DNA of 64,000 nt from contig JAQUTN010000002.1 in assembly GCA_028694375.1 (NCBI GenBank), positions 139 through 64,138 on the forward strand. Reading direction: 5' to 3'. The DNA is from Bacteroidales bacterium. Lineage in GTDB: Bacteria; Bacteroidota; Bacteroidia; Bacteroidales; UBA1402. Of this stretch, positions 58,775 through 64,000 are shown piece after piece (position 1 is the first letter of the stretch; each line of letters opens with the position of its first letter). The translations under genes were made by a program, and so were the position numbers. The notes under the pieces were generated by a model that did no database searches, was not told where the DNA came from, and worked only from the letters and a program-made list of their open reading frames with translations.

Positions 58775-59042
58775 ATTCTTGATCTGCAGTACAAAGACTT
58801 ATACAAATTTTCAGAATACCGGAAAGCCTTGCCCGACTAACTAAAATCAAAAAAAGAAAAAGTCAAGGTTTAGAAAAAAGAAATAAACTATATCTTTGAC
58901 ATGCTTAACTGACTAACCAAAAAAGACAGTCAGACACACTAATTGAAACACTACCAAAAGATACGGCTATATAAAGATTGAAGACTGTTACGGCAACAAA
59001 GTGGAATTGATCGAGGTTAAGTCCAAGGGGGTTAAAGAATAA
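58775..59042 (+). pseudogene. 5'-truncated, decayed paralog of the 59129-59773 lipoprotein gene
   Basis: 58775-58811 (attcttgatctgcagtacaaagacttatacaaatttt) aligns to 59600-59636 with 30/37 matches. The last 31 codons read NTTKRYGYIKIEDCYGNKVELIEVKSKGVKE*, against ...KKYGFIMIEGYDGSKVELIEIKSKGVKE* in the intact copy. In-frame TGA at 58944, and no start codon. Confidence 0.6.
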
Positions 59043-59109
59043 AATGTCGGGGTTATTCTGAAGCTGACTCGCACGAATCAACCAACAGAAACCATTAGGT
59101 TAATCATTA
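58998..59109 (+). repeat. direct repeat, left copy (112 nt)
   Basis: Aligns without gaps to 59729-59840 with 102/112 identical (hand count). Covers the last 14 codons of the gene plus 67 nt of downstream spacer. Confidence 0.85.
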
Positions 59110-59128
59110 GACACTAAAAAGAAAGACT

Positions 59129-59773
59129 ATGAAAAATATAAGTAGAAGAATATTAGTGAACCTATTCTTTTGTACCTCTTTGATTTATTTAATGAACGGA
59201 TGCGATTATAATAAAGGAAGAACGAAATACATTCAACTGACTTCCGATGATCTTGCCCATCTCTACATTAATCTGGATACTTTATACTATGATGGTAATG
59301 AAATTGAATATAAAGATTCGATTTTGTTTTTACTAAACTCCGTTGACACCATAACAGTTGGTGTCAGAACTCAAATATGGTCAACGTTAAGTCAATTTGC
59401 GATTTTGGATGTTAGAGATATTACTGGAAAGTCGACAATAAATTTTAATAAAACACCTAGGTTTTATTTTGCAGACATTGAAATTTTTAGAGATGACTAC
59501 ACTTACCCATCAAGAAAGATTTTTACCGCTTCTAAAGGAGACGGAGGTCGTAATCTGGATGAATGGGTAAGGGAAATAAACACTCTTGATACCGCCTGTA
59601 TTCTTGGCCGGCAGTACGAAGACGTTTACAAATTTCTCCCTCCTTCCGAGAATCATGAATCAGGTATTAAAACAGTGTATTTCGCCAAAAAATATGGCTT
59701 TATTATGATTGAGGGCTACGATGGCAGTAAAGTGGAATTGATCGAAATTAAGTCCAAGGGGGTTAAAGAATAA
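59129..59773 (+). CDS. hypothetical lipoprotein (no family recognised)
   Basis: 214 aa. Lipobox LIYLMNGC. Low GC by eye. Flanked by the 112-nt direct repeats. Confidence 0.6.
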   Translation: MKNISRRILVNLFFCTSLIYLMNGCDYNKGRTKYIQLTSDDLAHLYINLDTLYYDGNEIEYKDSILFLLNSVDTITVGVRTQIWSTLSQFAILDVRDITGKSTINFNKTPRFYFADIEIFRDDYTYPSRKIFTASKGDGGRNLDEWVREINTLDTACILGRQYEDVYKFLPPSENHESGIKTVYFAKKYGFIMIEGYDGSKVELIEIKSKGVKE

Positions 59774-59840
59774 AATGTCGGGGTTATTTTGAAGCTGACT
59801 TGCGCTAATCACCCAACGGAAACCCTTAGGTTTATCATTA
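59729..59840 (+). repeat. direct repeat, right copy (112 nt)
   Basis: See the left copy; the offset between copies is 731 nt. Confidence 0.85.
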
Positions 59841-59853
59841 AAACAATTAAGTC

Positions 59854-59922
59854 ATGAGAAAAAAGATTTCTGCCGAGATAAAGGCGCCCGAAGCGCGCAG
59901 GGTCCGGCAAGGTTTTTTGTGA
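59854..59922 (+). pseudogene. 5' stub of a third copy of the lipoprotein gene, running into unrelated GC-rich DNA
   Basis: ATG 59854 sits at the same place relative to the repeat as ATG 59129. MRKKIS... compares with MKNISRR.... After about 8 codons the sequence switches to the GC-rich patch and stops at 59920-59922. Confidence 0.35.
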
Positions 59923-60020
59923 CGGCTCGTCAGAGACTAGCATAAAACGCCGACGTCCAGCGCTGACCAGCCGGGGATATCGGGAGGCTGAGCGGGCTAC
60001 GGTTGAACGGCGGGAAGCGC
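59881..60020. other. 140-nt GC-rich patch (64% G+C) of unknown origin
   Basis: Hand count gives 90 G/C in 140 nt. Neighbouring intergenic and lipoprotein sequence is visibly AT-rich. No ORF with a start codon crosses it. Confidence 0.7.
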
Positions 60021-60026
60021 TGCTAA

Positions 60027-60038
60027 TTAATCGATTAA
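60027..60038. repeat. 12-bp perfect palindrome TTAATCGATTAA
   Basis: Read directly. Flanked by gctg (60020-60023) and cagc (60039-60042), which can extend the stem. It lies 43 nt downstream of the glycosyltransferase stop. Confidence 0.6.
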
Positions 60039-60080
60039 CAGCACAAGCTTTGATTGACGACCTGACTTATCAACTTAGAC

Positions 60081-60923
60081 TTAATCCGGTCGTGTGATGG
60101 CTCTTCTTATTGTGTATAATGCTTTGTAGAGCAAATATTTAGGCCAGCTGAATCTTTTGATGGCCCGGCTCATTTCCAGAGTGGCGCGATTTTCTTTCCG
60201 GGTGGCAGCCAGCGATTTGAGTTGAATAAAATAATGAGCCAGACCTATTTTTCGGGCTCCAATTTGATTTTCGCCGTGCTGACGGTATAAAACGGTGGCT
60301 TCATGTATTGACTCCAGAATTCCGCCTGCCGCTGCCACTTTGAGCGCAATCCATTTATCGTGCATCAGGGCTTTTTCACTGATTGGCAAGGCCAGCTCTT
60401 TGGCTGCCTGGTTAATCATCATGGTACATCCCGTAAAGGCATTGCAAACAGTCAGGTATTCAAAGCTTTTGAGTAAAGCCGGTCTGATTTTGTTATAGGC
60501 CCAAAAGGAAGGGCTGATTTCGTTGAGTTGTTCATCGACAACCTTTAGATCGGTATTAATTACTACGGCTTTACCTGGCTGTGCTTGTTCACAAGCCCGC
60601 ATTTTGGTGTAGGTCTTTTCGATCTTATCGCTCAGCCATACGTCGTCGTGGTCGCAAAACATGTAGTAATCGGCCCGGGTGTTTTCGAGCAACCACATAA
60701 AACTGCCTTTGGCCAGTCTTCCCGGCTGAGGATCCTCGCGCAGGATCAATTTGGCGTGTTTTTGTTGGTATTCGGCCAGTATTTGCAGGGTATCGTCTTT
60801 GGAACCGTCGTCGTGCACATGGATTTCAAAATCCTGCACTGTCTGGGCAAACAGTGAGTCCAGCTGAGGGCGGAGGTATTTCCCGCTGTTGCAGGTGCTT
60901 AGTAGTATTGCTATTCCCGACAT
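60081..60923 (-). CDS. family 2 glycosyltransferase
   Basis: 280 aa. ILLSTCNSGKYLRPQLDSL...HVHDDGSKDDT and a DHDD (DxD-like) motif. Confidence 0.85.
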   Translation of the reverse strand: MSGIAILLSTCNSGKYLRPQLDSLFAQTVQDFEIHVHDDGSKDDTLQILAEYQQKHAKLILREDPQPGRLAKGSFMWLLENTRADYYMFCDHDDVWLSDKIEKTYTKMRACEQAQPGKAVVINTDLKVVDEQLNEISPSFWAYNKIRPALLKSFEYLTVCNAFTGCTMMINQAAKELALPISEKALMHDKWIALKVAAAGGILESIHEATVLYRQHGENQIGARKIGLAHYFIQLKSLAATRKENRATLEMSRAIKRFSWPKYLLYKALYTIRRAITRPD

Positions 60924-60925
60924 GT

Positions 60926-62740
60926 TTATTCAAAAAACGGCAGCGCAAAAACGGCATAGCCTTTAAGTGTACTAAAATCTTTGACGTGCTCTTTGGCAAA
61001 AAAGAAAGAGAATGGAGACAACTTATCCAGTCCGGAATAGTTGAAAGACAACTTTTGCCAGCTTCCTTTTTGGCTTAAATCGTATGCATCCGAAAAATTT
61101 TGTCCTGTAGAAGAGTTTGTAAAGATTTGTACGTGAACTCCGTCAAAATCTTCGCTGACATAACACCAGGTCGAAAATTTACCCTCTCCCGGACCGGGTT
61201 GATAAAATCCGGTTAAAAATTCGATCCGGTCGTATTGAGGCTGGTAGTAGCCAATACAAGTTGATGATATCTTATATCCCCAACAGCCCTGTAATTCTTC
61301 GGGAGGGTTGCCCGGCAATTGCTTGATTAATTCGTAGTTGTTGGTGGCGTAAGTGCCAGGATCTTTTGGATCATAGCCCTGTTTTCCATAGAGCGGATAA
61401 CTAAAAACCACCAGAGCCATCAATACCATGGCCACGTTAACAAGCATAGCCGTCTTACATAATCCGTCGGGTAAAGACAGGTATTCTTCTTTGCGACTTC
61501 TTGTTTTGGACAAAAACAAAAAGCTCAGGCTAAAGACCAGCAAGCCTCCTATTTGCAGGAAAACCACTTCTACCATCATCAGCATGGCGAACATAAAACT
61601 AATGGTGCCTGCGTACAATCGCTCTTTTTTGTCGCGAAGACTGAGCGGAAATGCTATGAGCAACATCAATAAACAAAGCAGTCCCGGAATTCCGGTTTCC
61701 AACAATACTTGCAGATAGGTGTTGTGCACATGTGAATTGCTTTCAACTAATTGGGTACTTAAGCGGTTCTGTATATATTTTTCTTTCAGCAGATCTTTCA
61801 CGTCACCTATACCCACTCCCAACATATACTGCTTGTCTTCTCCCAAAACCTGCAGTCCTGAATACCAGATGCCCAAGCGGGAATCTTTGCTTTGCAGGGA
61901 AGAGTTTTCGGTCAGTTTTCCCGGACGTATTGATTCAAACCGAGGATGATAGGCGTACAGGGCAATCATAGACAATACACCCAACAACATTACCGTCAGG
62001 GCAAATTTGCGATGTTGATGATTGTTTAGTGCATTAAATACATAAAAGGAAGCAACCAGAACCAGTATGATAAGAGCAATCCGTCCACCCAACACCAGCA
62101 TTAGCGAGGTGTAAACAAGAGCATAAATGGTAAAGCACAGCCAATAACACAATTTACCAATTTTGGGAATCAGGTCTTTGCGTAAATACAACAGACTGAG
62201 CAGGGCAAGCATCTGATTAATACCAAAATAAGTCCTGTGTTTGAATTCGAGGAAGAATTGTAAAAAAGCTTTCCAGGGATATTTATGGATCATATTTCGG
62301 CTCTTGAAATCGCTCAGATATTCAATGACAGGTATGCCCAAAGAAAAGAGTAAACTAAATACATTGCCTGCTACAAAAGCCAACAACAAGGGTTTTAGTT
62401 TATACTCTTTGCTGAATCCGATAGAAAGCATCAGGGGTACGATTGCAATAACCACCCTCCTTTCTATGATTTTGTAGGCATATTCCAGATTTTGTGAATA
62501 AAAGACAGAAATAAGCATCAACAGAGCATAAGCCCATAAGATATAGATTACCCAATGCTGTTTGTCGAAGCGAAATTCCAGATAGCGTTTACTGAGAACC
62601 ACATCAATAATCCAGGTAGCTACCCAACAAAAAAAGACCAAAATCAGCCAACGATCCTGTAAGCTCAGGTTAAAAGCCAGCAGTAAGGCAAAATAATAAT
62701 TTAATTTACCTGTGAGGGCTGTAATTTTTGGCATATTCAT
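60926..62740 (-). CDS. O-antigen ligase/polymerase-like (Wzy_C-type) membrane protein with a roughly 160-aa C-terminal soluble domain
   Basis: 604 aa. About 12 hydrophobic segments over residues 1-450, including a periplasmic-loop region (HVHNTYLQVLLETGIPG). The tail is cysteine- and aromatic-rich (...WCYVSEDFDGVHVQIF...GSWQKLSFNYSG...). Confidence 0.65.
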   Translation of the reverse strand: MNMPKITALTGKLNYYFALLLAFNLSLQDRWLILVFFCWVATWIIDVVLSKRYLEFRFDKQHWVIYILWAYALLMLISVFYSQNLEYAYKIIERRVVIAIVPLMLSIGFSKEYKLKPLLLAFVAGNVFSLLFSLGIPVIEYLSDFKSRNMIHKYPWKAFLQFFLEFKHRTYFGINQMLALLSLLYLRKDLIPKIGKLCYWLCFTIYALVYTSLMLVLGGRIALIILVLVASFYVFNALNNHQHRKFALTVMLLGVLSMIALYAYHPRFESIRPGKLTENSSLQSKDSRLGIWYSGLQVLGEDKQYMLGVGIGDVKDLLKEKYIQNRLSTQLVESNSHVHNTYLQVLLETGIPGLLCLLMLLIAFPLSLRDKKERLYAGTISFMFAMLMMVEVVFLQIGGLLVFSLSFLFLSKTRSRKEEYLSLPDGLCKTAMLVNVAMVLMALVVFSYPLYGKQGYDPKDPGTYATNNYELIKQLPGNPPEELQGCWGYKISSTCIGYYQPQYDRIEFLTGFYQPGPGEGKFSTWCYVSEDFDGVHVQIFTNSSTGQNFSDAYDLSQKGSWQKLSFNYSGLDKLSPFSFFFAKEHVKDFSTLKGYAVFALPFFE

Positions 62741-62742
62741 AT

Positions 62743-63828
62743 CTAAAAAATAAGGGAATACTCCTGTATATGTCCCTGAAGGACAAGATTATAATAAAAA
62801 GCAATTCCAACCAGAACAATGATCAGTTCCGGTATCCACCGGGGTTTTATGTAATAGATAAGTGTAGGAATTAAAAATATCTGTACGATGCTCAACATTT
62901 CCCAGAGCCTGAATGCAAATACAGGAAGAGTGAAAAATAAGTAAAATACCCCTATGGAAATCATATTTATTTTCAGAAACAACAGGCTGTATTTGTTCTT
63001 CTCCAGTATATCGGTACGATAAAACAATAAAAATACCGAAAGTAAAAGTTGAAAAATAATCGTCAGATTTATTTTATTTATGGAGTGTTTAAGCCTTAAT
63101 TGCTCTGTGATGTAAATATTCAGTTTCTCGGAGTAAACACCCAAATCGTATTTTAAAAGCAAAGAAATCGGATCAAATTTAAGAGTGCTCAGCAAAAAAG
63201 GGATAATAATAACAGCTATATATACAATCGGATTTATTTTTTTAGTGTTCAAAAAGTAAAAAGGCAAAAATATAAGGGCCGAATAATGAATCAATGTTGC
63301 CAGGAGTATAATCAACAAAAATTTCCCCGCTTTTCTTTCGACCAAAGGCTCGAAAGCCAGCATGACCACAGCAGCTGCCAGTCCTGCACGAACCTGAATG
63401 ATTTCGTGCAGCATAAAAGTATTACAGAGATAAATAAACAGGGAGAAAAAGATGAATTCTGAATATTTAACGATAGCTTTGGCTTTGAGGGCTACAGAAA
63501 AAAGAGCAAACAAGACCATCAAAAGGGTAAATCCCAGTGTGGGCAGATAAGTTTTAATAAAAGAAGCAACTATCAGAAAAGAGGGTTCCACTCTCGCCGC
63601 TTTGAAGAATATACCCGGATTACTGAAAAGTGTTTTGAAAGGCAGGGCTTTGTCGTAAAAAGCCTGAAATATGCTGTGGTCTTTGCTTACATCGTTGCCT
63701 CTGAATCCGGCAAATGCAATTAAAAACAGAACCATTGCCAGCAACAGCCATTGCTTGTTTTTTTTCAGCTCCTCCCCTACGAGAGAGAGTATCAGGAAAA
63801 CAGCAATTATAATAATATAAACAGTCAT
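62743..63828 (-). CDS. EpsG-family polysaccharide polymerase-like membrane protein
   Basis: 361 aa, polytopic. N-terminal region ...FAGFRGNDVSKDHSIFQAFY...RVEPSF resembles EpsG. Confidence 0.65.
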   Translation of the reverse strand: MTVYIIIIAVFLILSLVGEELKKNKQWLLLAMVLFLIAFAGFRGNDVSKDHSIFQAFYDKALPFKTLFSNPGIFFKAARVEPSFLIVASFIKTYLPTLGFTLLMVLFALFSVALKAKAIVKYSEFIFFSLFIYLCNTFMLHEIIQVRAGLAAAVVMLAFEPLVERKAGKFLLIILLATLIHYSALIFLPFYFLNTKKINPIVYIAVIIIPFLLSTLKFDPISLLLKYDLGVYSEKLNIYITEQLRLKHSINKINLTIIFQLLLSVFLLFYRTDILEKNKYSLLFLKINMISIGVFYLFFTLPVFAFRLWEMLSIVQIFLIPTLIYYIKPRWIPELIIVLVGIAFYYNLVLQGHIQEYSLIF

Positions 63829-63918
63829 TTTTTAAAATGAACAATGAATAGTTGAGCAAACCCAAACCTAAACCAGGTTTAGGTCTTTATTAAAATGCAA
63901 ATGTACTATTTTTATGCC

Positions 63919-64000
63919 TTAGCCCTTTACTTTTTCGCCTACAATCATGAACAGCGGAAATTCTTTAGTACTTGTTCCTGCTTTTTTATGAATGGTGTAA
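63919..64000 (-). CDS. 3' end of a gene continuing beyond the window (function not assignable)
   Basis: The open frame reads ...YTIHKKAGTSTKEFPLFMIVGEKVKG* with its stop at 63921-63919. A palindrome acctaaacc-a-ggtttaggt at 63868-63886 follows downstream. Confidence 0.3.
   Translation of the reverse strand, partial: YTIHKKAGTSTKEFPLFMIVGEKVKG

Noticed and set aside
59897-59912. SRP-RNA-like string cagggtccggcaagg
   Set aside because: It only loosely resembles the CAGGUCCGGAAGGAAGCAGCC domain IV motif. The symmetric and asymmetric loop sequences and the closing helix are missing.
59925-59945. Hammerhead-like CUGACGAG on the minus strand of the GC patch
   Set aside because: No stem II hairpin followed by GAAA and no matching stems I and III could be drawn. 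This is an isolated core-like heptamer.
59881-60050. High density of restriction-type palindromes suggesting a synthetic polylinker
   Set aside because: The enrichment is modest (6 observed against about 2 expected). GC-rich DNA and the local 12-bp palindrome can account for it. The sites are dispersed rather than abutting, as they would be in a cloning site.
1-64000. Search for CRISPR arrays, IS elements, integrases, toxin-antitoxin pairs and defence islands
   Set aside because: Apart from the 112-nt pair at 58998 and 59729, I found no regularly spaced direct repeats. No translation resembles a transposase, recombinase, Cas, restriction-modification or abortive-infection protein.

Overview
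This 64-kb window looks like a Bacteroidota chromosomal segment. The lineage call rests on recurring TAnnTTTG -7 promoter boxes, an L28-L33-DUF4295 operon, DUF3078 and DUF4465 proteins, TamB and a patatin-Omp85 fusion. It is densely packed and mostly housekeeping. I call about 47 protein genes: glgB, glmS, pyrK/pyrD, trmD, a 2-oxoacid:ferredoxin oxidoreductase operon, ispE, dnaB, htpG, clpC, gyrA, rimO, ftsY, rpmB/rpmG, tsaD, tamB, proS, a UvrD-type helicase, nspC and paaK, among others. There are 4 tRNAs (Arg-ACG, Gly-GCC, Leu-GAG, Leu-CAG) and two riboswitches: a TPP riboswitch at the left edge and a cobalamin riboswitch on the minus strand at about 15.4-15.5 kb. I also mark several rho-independent terminators and -7 boxes. 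I saw no rRNA, CRISPR array, transposase, integrase, prophage or recognisable defence system. The only accessory-looking part is 57.6-64 kb, a surface-polysaccharide locus. It contains a mosaic of a truncated, an intact and a stub copy of a lipoprotein gene, followed by an abrupt 140-nt patch at 64% GC. I did not find convincing evidence for a wholly new multi-gene system. The best leads are: (1) the mosaic insert and GC-rich patch; (2) a cobalamin riboswitch driving a stand-alone DUF4465-like lipoprotein; (3) a 56-aa membrane ORF tightly coupled inside the oxidoreductase operon; (4) an 835-bp AT-rich gene-free gap next to glmS; (5) a tRNA-Arg with an apparent A19:U56 elbow pair. All protein calls come from reading the supplied translations against remembered family motifs. 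No database search was possible.
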